A stretch of 64,000 nucleotides of DNA from Ignavibacteriota bacterium (lineage in GTDB: Bacteria; Bacteroidota; Ignavibacteria; UBA10030): assembly GCA_963727825.1 (NCBI GenBank), contig CAVSHO010000009.1, positions 352,001 to 416,000 of the forward strand. Direction: 5' to 3'. Position 1 is the stretch's first letter, and each line of letters starts with the position of its first letter. The position numbers and the translations under genes were made by a program. The notes under the pieces were generated by a model. The model was not told where the DNA came from and did not search any database. It saw nothing but the letters and a program-made list of their open reading frames with translations. Below, one piece after another: positions 51,309 through 61,664 of this stretch.

Positions 51309-51625
51309 TTATAGTGAACTTTTCGATTTCCATAGCTTTTGAGCACGTTCTCCAAGCCATGCACCTAAAATCGAAAAAAAGAAGAATATTAAAGTTATGA
51401 CAAGCAATTGTATGGGAGACTGAGAAAATGTTAGTTCTACTGGTCCACTACTAAATATTTTTTTAAATATTACTATTATAATGAAAAAAAGATCAATGAA
51501 TACTCCTGCTGCTATTGCTGGTTCCCAAATTGTCACTCCTTCTGATAAGTAGCCTGTGATTGCTCCGATAATACTTATTCCTGCAAACAACCATATACCG
51601 ATAAATAATGAGCTGCCGACGTCGC
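51309..51625 (-). pseudogene. AT-rich 3-TM membrane protein, probably 5'-truncated
   Basis: Hydrophobic segments begin at VGSSLFIG; the only ATG upstream lies inside rhaT. Confidence 0.4.
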
Positions 51626-51661
51626 TTGAATTATTGGAGTCTTGTCGGCTGAAGTTTCCTT

Positions 51662-52726
51662 TTAGGTTAATCTGCCTGCGTAACCCGATAAGATAGACGT
51701 CATCACGAGCAGCGATAGGCCAGCAGTCAGAATTAGTTTTGTCTTTCGGCTGGTACCCTTCCACTCACCTAAAAAAACACCAATAATCGAACCGAACAAT
51801 ATTTGGCAAGCCATCAGCAGCGCCCATCCCACATACGCCGTTGGACCCATAGCAGGTTCACCTGTCTTGAAGCAAACGAATTGTGAACACCAAATAGTGC
51901 CTGCAATGCCCGCGAATATCAGGTTCGCTAATAACGGAGTCTCGGCTTTAATATAGTCTTTAATAGTTTTATTCTTCATGTTGAGATATAAACACCACAA
52001 AAAATTCACAGTCAATCCGCCGAGAAGTACAACCACCAGCACGGGCATACCAGCCCAAGTCTTCGACGTAGTAGGCATGGTAATTAAAGCTAGCTCCTGA
52101 ATTTTAGATCCACCCACAAGTCCAAGTCCCATTGCCGAACTCATCAGTCCCGAAAACAACGCCGCTACCAAACCCTTTTTAAAATCGAATTCAGCTACAC
52201 CTTGCTTCTTTTGCGCATCTGATAGCTCCTTCTCTTTCGACATTCCGGCTATACCGATTAGAACAATACCAGTCAGAGAAATCAGTACGCCGACAAACGA
52301 AATAATGCCCGCGCTTGACTCGAACAAACTTCCGAATTCACCCTTTATCAACTTGGGAATTAAAGTGCCAGCAGCAGAACATATGCCGCATCCGAATGCC
52401 AGGCCAAGACCAACGCCGAGGAAGCGTATCATCAAACCCCATGTAAGTCCACCGATTCCCCATGCAGCACCGCAGATGTAACAATAAATTATTTCATTTG
52501 TGGGAGCCGCTTTCAGAACTGAAAATACGTTGGGTGATACAGCAAGAGTAATTGCCCATGGCACTATTAATAAACCAAATAAAGCATAGATGAGCCAGTA
52601 GCTTTCCCATGCCCAGTTCTTAACTTTTTTAAAAGGAAGATAAAAGACAGCGCCGGCAAGTCCGCCCAGTGCAAAGATGAGCACGCCCAGTGTCGGATTG
52701 TTTGCAGCGTTTGCTAAGTCATTCAT
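51662..52726 (-). CDS. rhaT: L-rhamnose/proton symporter
   Basis: FYLPFKKVKNWAWESYW, WGIGGLTWGL, LGEWKG; adjacent to rhaA. Confidence 0.92.
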   Translation of the reverse strand: MNDLANAANNPTLGVLIFALGGLAGAVFYLPFKKVKNWAWESYWLIYALFGLLIVPWAITLAVSPNVFSVLKAAPTNEIIYCYICGAAWGIGGLTWGLMIRFLGVGLGLAFGCGICSAAGTLIPKLIKGEFGSLFESSAGIISFVGVLISLTGIVLIGIAGMSKEKELSDAQKKQGVAEFDFKKGLVAALFSGLMSSAMGLGLVGGSKIQELALITMPTTSKTWAGMPVLVVVLLGGLTVNFLWCLYLNMKNKTIKDYIKAETPLLANLIFAGIAGTIWCSQFVCFKTGEPAMGPTAYVGWALLMACQILFGSIIGVFLGEWKGTSRKTKLILTAGLSLLVMTSILSGYAGRLT

Positions 52727-52749
52727 AGAATGTTCCTTCTTTCACTAAA

Positions 52750-54012
52750 CTATTTGCGTTTTGAAAGTATATTAGTCTCGTACTTTTTTACTTCGGCTAA
52801 CCAGTTCATTCCTACAGGAACATTCTTCTGACTGCAGTAATAATCCCACACAGCAGAGAACGGCATGGTCTTAAGTTCTTCCATCAACGCAAGACGGGAA
52901 GTGAAATCTCCTTCGGCTTCCAACGCTTTAAGTTTTTTACTCGGTTCGAGCAATGCAAAGCATAGGGCTCTCTGCATGTTGCGCATACCTATAACCCATG
53001 CGGCCACCCGGTTGATACTCGCGTCAAAATAATCAAGGCCGATGTGTGTACGTTCAAGATAATTTCCACGCACCAGTTCCTGCGCAATGGCAATCAGATC
53101 GTCGTTCAACACAATCACATGATCACTGTCCCAGCGGACACCACGGCTCACATGCAAAAGAATTTCATCGACAAATGTGAGCACCGACGATATTTTGTCT
53201 GATATGGTTTCTGTCGGATGGTAATGACCAGCATCAAGGGTTAAAAGTTTTCCCTTCTTCGCAGCATACGCCAGATAGAATTCGTGGGAGCCCACAGTGT
53301 AGCTTTCGACACCTACACCGAATAACTTCCCCTCGATAGCATCGAGGTTGTATTTGGGGCTGAGTTTTTCGGCAAACACCTGGTCGAGTGCTTCTCTCAG
53401 ACGTTCACGCGGACCCTTACGGTCAGCCGGTGTGTCTTTCATACCATCAGGAATCCAAATATTGGTGACCGCAGGTGTGCCAAGCGCTTTGCCCATTGCC
53501 TCGCCAATTTTTCGGCACGCGATGCAATGGTCGATCCAGAATTGACGCACGGACTTATCTTTGTGTGACAACGTAAATCCATCTGCGGCTTTAGGATGCG
53601 CAAAACAAGTTGGATTAAAATCCATACTGATGCCGAGTGACTTCGCCCAGTCAATCCAATTTTTATAATGTTCTGGCTTGAGATTATCGCGATCGACTTT
53701 TTTGCCAGAAGGAAATTCCACGTAAAATGAATGAAAATTGAGTCTGTGTTTTCCTGGAATAAGAGAGAATGCTTTTTCAATATCGGCTTTTAATTCAGCG
53801 GGATTGCGGGCTTTGCCGGAATAATTGCCGGTTACGGCTAAGCCGCCGCCGAGGTCCGATCCTATGTTTTCGAAACCGCCGACATCATCCCCCTGCCAGC
53901 AGTGCATGGAAATAGAAATGGTTTTCAGTTTGGCAATTGCCTTGTCTGTGTCAACACCAATCTCCGCATATCTTTCTTTTGCAACCTGATATTGTTGGTC
54001 GATTATTTTCAT
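52750..54012 (-). CDS. rhaA: L-rhamnose isomerase
   Basis: [49 protein letters not shown]. Confidence 0.97.
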   Translation of the reverse strand: MKIIDQQYQVAKERYAEIGVDTDKAIAKLKTISISMHCWQGDDVGGFENIGSDLGGGLAVTGNYSGKARNPAELKADIEKAFSLIPGKHRLNFHSFYVEFPSGKKVDRDNLKPEHYKNWIDWAKSLGISMDFNPTCFAHPKAADGFTLSHKDKSVRQFWIDHCIACRKIGEAMGKALGTPAVTNIWIPDGMKDTPADRKGPRERLREALDQVFAEKLSPKYNLDAIEGKLFGVGVESYTVGSHEFYLAYAAKKGKLLTLDAGHYHPTETISDKISSVLTFVDEILLHVSRGVRWDSDHVIVLNDDLIAIAQELVRGNYLERTHIGLDYFDASINRVAAWVIGMRNMQRALCFALLEPSKKLKALEAEGDFTSRLALMEELKTMPFSAVWDYYCSQKNVPVGMNWLAEVKKYETNILSKRK

Positions 54013-54021
54013 AAGATGTCC

Positions 54022-55496
54022 TTATATGAATAATGATTTATGTTCTCGGAATATATTGCTCCATTGTTCAGTCTTCGCCGGTAGATACGTTTTCAGTGGA
54101 AATGAATTTGCAATAATTTCGCGTCCGGAATTTATCGATTCGATTTTCTTTTTCGCAATCGCCTGCATCAACACATTTCCGATTGCCGTTGCTTCCACCG
54201 GCCCTGCTACAACAGGAATTCCGCATGCATCAGCTGTGAATTGATTCAATAGTTCATTCTTCGAACCACCGCCGACGATGTGAAGTTGTTCAATGGAAGC
54301 ACCGCTTACGGTGCAAATATTTTCAAGGATTGCTTTATATTTAAGTGCAAGGCTTTCCAGGATACAACGAGTAAACTCGCCGGGGGTTTGTGGTGAGAGC
54401 TGGCCGGTTTTACTGCAAAACGCTCGTATTGTATCGGGCATATCCGGCGGATTAAGGAACGAAGTGTCATCCGGATTTATGATGTGGATAAACTCTTTTT
54501 CTTTAAGTGCCAATTTTACAAGTTCGTCATATTCGCACGCAGTGCCCTGTTGTATAAAACTTTTACGTGTTTGCTGGAGCAGCCAAAGCCCCATGACGTT
54601 CTTTAAAAACCGGATTGTTCCAAACACTCCACCTTCATTCGTAAAATTATTTTTTAGTGACCGCTCGTTGATAATCGGTTTTTGTGTTTCAATTCCGATT
54701 AGCGACCACGTGCCTGAACTTAAATATGACCAATTCTTTTTCTGTGCAGGTACTGCTGCAATTGCGCTTGCCGTGTCGTGGCAGCCGACCGCAACAACAT
54801 CAACATCTCCCAGCCCGGTTTCCTCGCATATTTCCGGCAGTAATTTTCCGACAACCGTTCCCGGCATTATTATCGGTGCGGTAATCTGTATTGGCAATCC
54901 GAGCGAAGAGAATATTTTCTTATCGTATAATTTTGTTCCGGCATTTAAAAGCTGAGAAGTAGAAGCAATCGTGTATTCATTTCTCATTACACCGGTAAGA
55001 AAAAAGTTAAACAAATCCGGAATGAACAACAACCTGGCATCACAGCTCAATGCAGGATCATTGTACAGTTTAGCACTATAAAGCTGAAAGACAGAGTTGA
55101 ATTGCATGAACTGGATGCCGGTAATGCCGTATAGTTCTTCGCGTGAAATTTTTTCAAATGCTTTTTCCATAATGCCGTTTGTGCGCACATCACGATAGCG
55201 TATGGGAATCCGAACAAAGCATTGTCATTTCCGACAAATCCAAAATCAACTCCCCACGTATCAATACCGATGGATTGAATATCGGAATGCCCTTTTTGAA
55301 CAGCGAGTTTCAAACCGGTTTTTATCTCTTCAAATAAGGTGAGAACATCCCAATGCAAATGACCGAGAATTTCTATTTGTCGATTCTGGAATCTATGAAT
55401 TTCTTCGATCTGGAATGTATTGCCGTCAAGAATACCTATTATCGCGCGACCACTTTCCGCACCAAAATCAAAAGCAAGATATTTTGATAATGCCAC
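54022..55496 (-). pseudogene. rhaB: Rhamnulokinase, single-base frameshift near 55197
   Basis: N-part AFDFGAESGR, GIDTWGVDF; adding one base restores PYA-YRD-VRT into the C-part (HDTASA, SSGTWSL, FTNEGG, GPVEATAIGN). Confidence 0.88.
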
Positions 55497-55665
55497 AGGA
55501 GTACCGGATCCTTTCTATTTAATCCTATATTCTTTGTACGAGCTAAACCATTGTTGAAGAGAACCAATGCCGCGACCTGCCAGTTCTACCCATATGAACA
55601 TTATGCACACCAAGATATTATTGAATGTTTCTTCACGCTTGGGCAATAGGTAGTGTACATTGGAG

Positions 55666-56367
55666 TTACGGTCGTATCGTCTTCGACAAGGGAGTTGCAT
55701 CGCACAAAGCCACGCGCCCTGGCAGCTTGAATTTTTCCCTGAGCCCCATAAGACGATCTCTCTCATATTCGGAAAGAACATTGAGATTTCCCAATTGGAT
55801 GGCTTTCCAAATGATAGTTGCCGTATGTTCAAGAGTTTCCATTTTATGATAGGCATCAATCAAATCGATCCCGAGGGTGAGCGCACCGTGATTTTCCAGC
55901 AATATTACATCCGATGTTTTTATATATTCGTGAATAGCGTCGGGAATTTCCATCGTTGAAGGCAATCCATATTTTGCGATTGGGACCGCACCAAGAACAA
56001 TCGTTGCTTCAGGCAACACGCACTTGTTTAAGGGTATTCCCGCTACAGCAAAGCTTGTGGCATATGTCGGATGCGCATGCACTACGGATTTGATATCCGG
56101 GCGTTCTTTGTAAACTTCCAGATGCATTTTAAGTTCACTTGACGGCTGATATTTAGCATTACCAGAAATGACTTTTCCACTTCTATCAACTTTGATGATC
56201 ATTTCCATTGTTAAGAAACCCTTGCTCACTCCATGCGGCGTTGTGAGCACTTCATCCTCATTTATCATAACTGAAATATTGCCATCGTTAGAAGCCACAT
56301 AACCTCGTATCCATATCCTGCGCCCTATATCAATAATCAGTTTTTTCAATTTCCGTTCTTTATTCAT
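55666..56367 (-). CDS. Class II aldolase (FucA-like; probable rhamnulose/fuculose-1-phosphate aldolase)
   Basis: NDGNIS, PSSELKMH, VVHAHP, LENHG; first gene of the rha cluster; GGAG RBS before MNKERK. Confidence 0.88.
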   Translation of the reverse strand: MNKERKLKKLIIDIGRRIWIRGYVASNDGNISVMINEDEVLTTPHGVSKGFLTMEMIIKVDRSGKVISGNAKYQPSSELKMHLEVYKERPDIKSVVHAHPTYATSFAVAGIPLNKCVLPEATIVLGAVPIAKYGLPSTMEIPDAIHEYIKTSDVILLENHGALTLGIDLIDAYHKMETLEHTATIIWKAIQLGNLNVLSEYERDRLMGLREKFKLPGRVALCDATPLSKTIRP

Positions 56368-56381
56368 TGTATAACTCCGAT

Positions 56382-57584
56382 CAGTGCTGTCCAAAATAAG
56401 TTGGGTTAGTTCATAGAAATAGTAAATCCATGTCAATGAGAGCTACCATAAGAATGATGACTGCGCTTTTAGTATTTTAAGAATCAGGATAACCAATAAT
56501 GCTGTCCAAATCTGAATTTTTAGTGCATTGGCACTGGTACCGACAAAGGTCTTAATCTTCAGAATCTGTTTGATTGTTTTAATCCTGCAAAGCGGGACAA
56601 TTTGCCAACGTTCTTTGTAAATAAGTGCAATAGTTGTGCTGCTGAAGGTGAGATGATTCGTCAACAAAACGATTACTTGCTGATTTTCCTCATCCCATAC
56701 CTCAATACGGCGTAAATCGTAATCGCATTTTTCTGAGGTAACAGTTCCGTTGAATTGAATGATTTCGTCTTTGAGAATGTTGCTGTTTTTCGGTATCCGA
56801 TTGATGTTCACAATATCGTAGGTAGCATTGCTTTTCATTCGTGTGACGAAGTATATGTCCTGTTTACACCAGCTAGAGAATTGTTCATAATCCGTATACC
56901 CTCGATCAAAGACAATAATACTGTGCGCCGGAAACCTGAATTTATTGGCGATATGTCTCTTGCGACAGTTACTTCGTGTGTTTTTCCATCGGTAATATGA
57001 GCAAAGGCTGGAAGATAACCATCATGGTCGAGTAATAGGTGCAGTTTAACAGCTCCCTTGGTGCTACGAAACTTTGCCCAATCAAAGAGACTCAGGCAAA
57101 GATTAATTACTGTGGCATCTATACCAAAGAGCTTATTCTTGAATCGAAACGTTCTCTTTCCTTTAATACTGGATTGAGCGTGCGCTAAAGTTCGATAAAA
57201 TGTTTCTTCAAATATCTGATAAGGACGGTGTTTGTTTGCATAGGACAAGGTCGATCGTTTGGGACTCTCGCATAAACCCAGATGGGATAATTTTCCCATA
57301 CAAGTTACTAAGCCACCACAAATCTCACGTAATGTCTGTGCTTTTCCTAAATGACAAAACATCATGCTTACCATCTGCTCCTAACAGGTAAAGCCCTTGA
57401 CGTATCGTTCTCCTTTATGTCTGCACACACTGATAGCGAATGTGGATTTATCGATATGTGATACTATTTGTGAAAAAATGTTCGTACCCTTGATTGACAT
57501 ATGTCGCTCCGTTTTGTTGGTGTTTCTTGTTGTCTTTCAACTACACGATACCACTTTCCGAAGTCTTTAATTTGGACGGGTCTT
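56382..57584 (-). mobile_element. Degenerate IS4-family element (frameshifted DDE transposase)
   Basis: Fragments with TLREICGGL, RSTLSYAN, IDATVI, KLHLLLD, YKERWQI, NALKIQIWTAL; imperfect IRs CTGTCCAAAATAAG / TTTAATTTGGACGG. Confidence 0.85.
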
Positions 57585-57591
57585 TAATATT

Positions 57592-58035
57592 TTATTTAAT
57601 TGGTTTATTAAGTAAAAGCCAATATAATCCGATTTCATCAACTGCTTTGATAAAATTTTCGGATTCGACTGGTTTGACAATGTAACTGTTTACGCCCAGT
57701 CTATAGCTCTCGACAACATCGCGTTCTTCATCGGATGATGTTAATACTACAATAGGTATTGCCTTTTTGTCTTCATCACTTTTTAAGCGCTTCAAAATTT
57801 CCAAACCGTCAATCTTTGGTAACTTTAAATCCAATAAAATTAATTTCGGATTAAGAGCCCCAACTCTATCCGCATATTTACCTTTCGAGTAAATAAAATT
57901 CAGAGCATCCTCTCCATCTACAAGGACTTTAATATTATTTTCCAGATTCATTCTTTTCAATGATCTTAAGGTTAGTTCAGCGTCCTCTTTACTGTCCTCT
58001 ATCAATAAAAGCTCGATAATTTGTTCATCTACCAT
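57592..58035 (-). CDS. Single-domain response regulator (Rcp1-like)
   Basis: LIEDS, LLDLKLPKIDG, VLTSS, GVNSYIVKPV, YWL. Confidence 0.92.
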   Translation of the reverse strand: MVDEQIIELLLIEDSKEDAELTLRSLKRMNLENNIKVLVDGEDALNFIYSKGKYADRVGALNPKLILLDLKLPKIDGLEILKRLKSDEDKKAIPIVVLTSSDEERDVVESYRLGVNSYIVKPVESENFIKAVDEIGLYWLLLNKPIK

Positions 58036-58037
58036 TT

Positions 58038-61000
58038 TTAATCCTCCCTTTGGGGTATTGAGAAATAAAATGTTGCTCCTTTATTGATCTCCCCAATAGC
58101 CCAAACATGTCCATTATGCCGTTGAATTATTCTTTGAACAATTGCTAATCCTGCGCCGGTACCTGCAAACTCACGATCACTGTGTAATCGTTGAAACACA
58201 CCAAACAATTTATGAACATACTCCTGATTGAAGCCTGCACCATTATCTTTAACATAGTATATTTTGCTTACACCTTCAGTCCAGCATCCGATTTCAATTT
58301 CCGGATTAGGGATCTTTGACGAAAATTTTATGGCATTAGATATCAGATTTTGCCAGACCTGTTTCATTAGTGATTGATCGCCATACATTTGCGCTAAAGA
58401 ATGAATTTTTATTTCGTTTTTACTTCGGTTTGTATTTTCCAATAATTCGTTGATTACCGTATTTACTATCATTTCCACATCGATAAATTGCTTTTTCAGT
58501 TCTGTTCGAGAAGCCCTTGAAAATTCCAGTAATTCGCTAATGAGATTTCCCATCTTAACTGAACTGGAAGCGATTACATCGAGTAACCGTCTACCTTCAT
58601 CGTCTACTTTATTATCATACTCCTCTTTAAAAATCTTACTGTATGCATTGATTGCCCGTAAAGGCGCTCTAAGATCGTGAGAGACAGAGTATGAAAATGC
58701 TTCCAACTCTTTATTGGTAAATTCCAATTGGGCAGTTCGTTCTGAAACACGTTTTTCCAGCTCTCTATTAATAGCAATAATTCTTCTTGTTCTAATTTTA
58801 TAACCGAGTAATAATATTCCTATTAGTATTGAAGCAGCAAGAAATTTGAACCAAAGAGTTGCCCAAAACGGCGGTGTAATCTTTATTTGAAGCGAAATTT
58901 CGGGACTATTCCAAACACCATTTTGATTAAAAGCTTTCACATATAATATATACTTACCTGACGGTATTTTTGTATAAGTTGCGTAATGTCTATTCCCAAT
59001 ATTATTCCAGAATTTATCGTAGCCTTCCAGAAAATATGAGTATTGAATCTTATCCGGATTTGAGTAATCAAGCAATAAAAACTCGATGGAAAAAACCTCA
59101 TCTTTATAAGAAAGTGTAATTTCTTTTTGTTCCGTTATTGATTTAGTTAGAATGATTCTCCCATCAACAGGTTTATTAATCGGAATTGATTTATTAAACA
59201 ATTGAATATCCGTAAATACTATAGGAGGAATAAATGTTTTATAAATTATTTTCTCAGGCCAGAATGAATTAAATCCCTTTATTCCACCAAAGAAAATTTC
59301 TCCGGTTAGACTATAACAAAAAGAGTTTACATGAAACTCATTGTTTATCAATCCATCATGCGCATAAAAATTAAAGATTCTTTTTTGAGTAAGATCTATT
59401 TTTGATATTCCGTTTCTTGTGCTCAGCCACAAATTGCCTTTTTTATCTTCCAAAATACTATGAACTGAACTCGATATTAATCCATCTTTTTCTGAGATAA
59501 CAGTGACCTCTTTCTTTATAGGATCATAACAATTCAATCCTCCTCCGCCAGTTCCAATCCATAATCCGTATTTATTTTGAAAAAGGGTTAATACTCTGTC
59601 ATTATTAATTCTAACTGTGCTTTTTGAATTACTGTTTATATATTGAATGAATTTCCCTTTTATTCTATCCAATATACTCACACCACCTTCGTCGGAACCT
59701 GCCAGAATATCCCCATCCTGATTTTCAATTAGTACTCGTATAATATTGAATTTTGAATTTATTGAAGCCGGAATATCATTAATGTAATGAACAAACCGAT
59801 TGTGCACACAATCATATTTATCAATTAAACTGCTATTTGATCCGATCCAAACTCCTCCCTTATGATCAATCAATATACTCTTTATCAAATTATTGCTGAT
59901 CGAATAGGGATCTTGAGGATTATTGAAATATCTATAAAATTTATTTTCCTTTTTATTAAATCTGTTTAATCCATTGTCTGTGCCTATCCATAATGTCCCA
60001 TTAGTATCTTTATAAATACAACGAACAATATTATTGCTTATGGAATATTCATTATTTTGATTGTTAACATAGAATTTAAATCCATAGCTCTCTCTATCAA
60101 ATAATACCAATCCACTCCATGTACCAATCCAGATGAATTTTCCTTTATCATCAGGATCTTCATAAAAACAAGTTACATTGTTGCTAAAAAGATTTTTGTT
60201 TTGTGAACGAATGGTATAAAATAAGAATTGATTTTTCCATTTATCGTACTTACTTATACCCCCATAAGCTGTTCCTATCCAAATAATTCCAGAGTTATCT
60301 TCTATTATCGTGTAAATAGAATTGCTACCTATACTAGTTGGGTTATCTGGATCATTTTGATAATGGATGAATCTATCATAAATAGGGTCGTATTTATCCA
60401 ATCCTCCGCCAAAGGTACCTATCCAAAGATTTCCTGATTTATCTTTCAATAAGGCTCTTACATAATTATTACTTATACTAAATGGATTCTTGGGGTCGTT
60501 TATATAGCGCTTAAATTTGTTTGTTTTTTTATCAAATTTATTAAGTCCGCCATTTTGTGTCCCTATCCAAAGAAATCCGTTTTTGTCTTCACATATACTA
60601 TAACAACTATTCATACTAATACTGTTGGGATTAGTATCATTGTGCATATATCGCAGGAATATTTCCTTTTCGCTATTAAAAAGATTTAATCCATTGTCAG
60701 TTCCTATCCAAATATTACCTTCGCTATCTTCATATATTGCACGAATGGAATTGTTGCTTATACTTAGATTGTTTTTAGGATCGTTTTTATAAATTTTGAA
60801 AGAATTATTTTTGTAGTTGTAAATGTTCAATCCATTTTCAGTCGCAATCCAAAGTAATCCGTTTTTATCCAGATGAATTTTTCTAATGTGGTCGTTTGAG
60901 ATACTATTTTTATTGTTGTTATTTTCTACAAATCTTGTAAATGTTTCTGTATCTTTATCATATTTATCTAATCCTCCATCTGTGCCAACCCAGATATTTC

Positions 61001-61286
61001 CTTCGTAATCCTCACATATATCCCAAATAAAACTACGACTTATGCTAGTAGAATCTTCTGGGATATATCTAAAAATCTTAAATCGGTTACCATCATATCT
61101 GTTTAGACCGTCAATGGTTCCAAACCAAATAAAACCTTTTTTGTCCTGGTAAATAGTAGAAACTGAACTCTGGGAGAGACCCTGGTCGGTAGTTATGTTT
61201 TCGAATCTTATATTATCTTTTTGTGCCCAAATCTGATTTGAAAAGGCAAAGAAAAATATATAAACCATTATTTCTTTTCTTTTCAT
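58038..61286 (-). CDS. Sensor histidine kinase with periplasmic beta-propeller repeats and Y_Y_Y domain
   Basis: About 14 D..G.IWIGT..GL repeats, YSYFLEGYD...YTKIPSGKY, PPFW-TM, SHDLRAPL, NLISNAIKF, GTGAGL. Confidence 0.93.
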   Translation of the reverse strand: MKRKEIMVYIFFFAFSNQIWAQKDNIRFENITTDQGLSQSSVSTIYQDKKGFIWFGTIDGLNRYDGNRFKIFRYIPEDSTSISRSFIWDICEDYEGNIWVGTDGGLDKYDKDTETFTRFVENNNNKNSISNDHIRKIHLDKNGLLWIATENGLNIYNYKNNSFKIYKNDPKNNLSISNNSIRAIYEDSEGNIWIGTDNGLNLFNSEKEIFLRYMHNDTNPNSISMNSCYSICEDKNGFLWIGTQNGGLNKFDKKTNKFKRYINDPKNPFSISNNYVRALLKDKSGNLWIGTFGGGLDKYDPIYDRFIHYQNDPDNPTSIGSNSIYTIIEDNSGIIWIGTAYGGISKYDKWKNQFLFYTIRSQNKNLFSNNVTCFYEDPDDKGKFIWIGTWSGLVLFDRESYGFKFYVNNQNNEYSISNNIVRCIYKDTNGTLWIGTDNGLNRFNKKENKFYRYFNNPQDPYSISNNLIKSILIDHKGGVWIGSNSSLIDKYDCVHNRFVHYINDIPASINSKFNIIRVLIENQDGDILAGSDEGGVSILDRIKGKFIQYINSNSKSTVRINNDRVLTLFQNKYGLWIGTGGGGLNCYDPIKKEVTVISEKDGLISSSVHSILEDKKGNLWLSTRNGISKIDLTQKRIFNFYAHDGLINNEFHVNSFCYSLTGEIFFGGIKGFNSFWPEKIIYKTFIPPIVFTDIQLFNKSIPINKPVDGRIILTKSITEQKEITLSYKDEVFSIEFLLLDYSNPDKIQYSYFLEGYDKFWNNIGNRHYATYTKIPSGKYILYVKAFNQNGVWNSPEISLQIKITPPFWATLWFKFLAASILIGILLLGYKIRTRRIIAINRELEKRVSERTAQLEFTNKELEAFSYSVSHDLRAPLRAINAYSKIFKEEYDNKVDDEGRRLLDVIASSSVKMGNLISELLEFSRASRTELKKQFIDVEMIVNTVINELLENTNRSKNEIKIHSLAQMYGDQSLMKQVWQNLISNAIKFSSKIPNPEIEIGCWTEGVSKIYYVKDNGAGFNQEYVHKLFGVFQRLHSDREFAGTGAGLAIVQRIIQRHNGHVWAIGEINKGATFYFSIPQRED

Positions 61287-61664
61287 ATAGATTACCAGTC
61301 ACTTCTATAAACTACTTTTATGAAAAGATTCTTTTCTTTGTAATAGCCTTGTTGAAAGGTAAATTTTAAATGCGAGTATTTCAAATGGTTGGACTATTCA
61401 ATTATATTTATATCCATATATTTTGGGACTAGCATGAAAACGTTAATTGGCTTTAGGTCGTAACGGCCAATTGATTTGAACCAGTTTTACCGATACAGAA
61501 GTTGCCACCGCTTATCTTAGCCTACAAATGGTTCACTGAGAAAAAATACAATAATTCCGTATTGTTCGTATTGTTAAAACGAAAAAACTAACTTATAATT
61601 GGTATGCAAATTGGGGGGTAGGTCAAATTTTTAAGTGGATTTTCAATATTGGAAGAATATATAG

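Noticed and set aside
55515-55859. Alternative-frame extension of the aldolase carrying an encapsulation peptide
   Set aside because: Neither alternative frame gives a convincing amphipathic targeting helix.
59300-61200. Periodic sequence similarity in the AT-rich region
   Set aside because: Explained by protein-level beta-propeller repeats of the sensor kinase.
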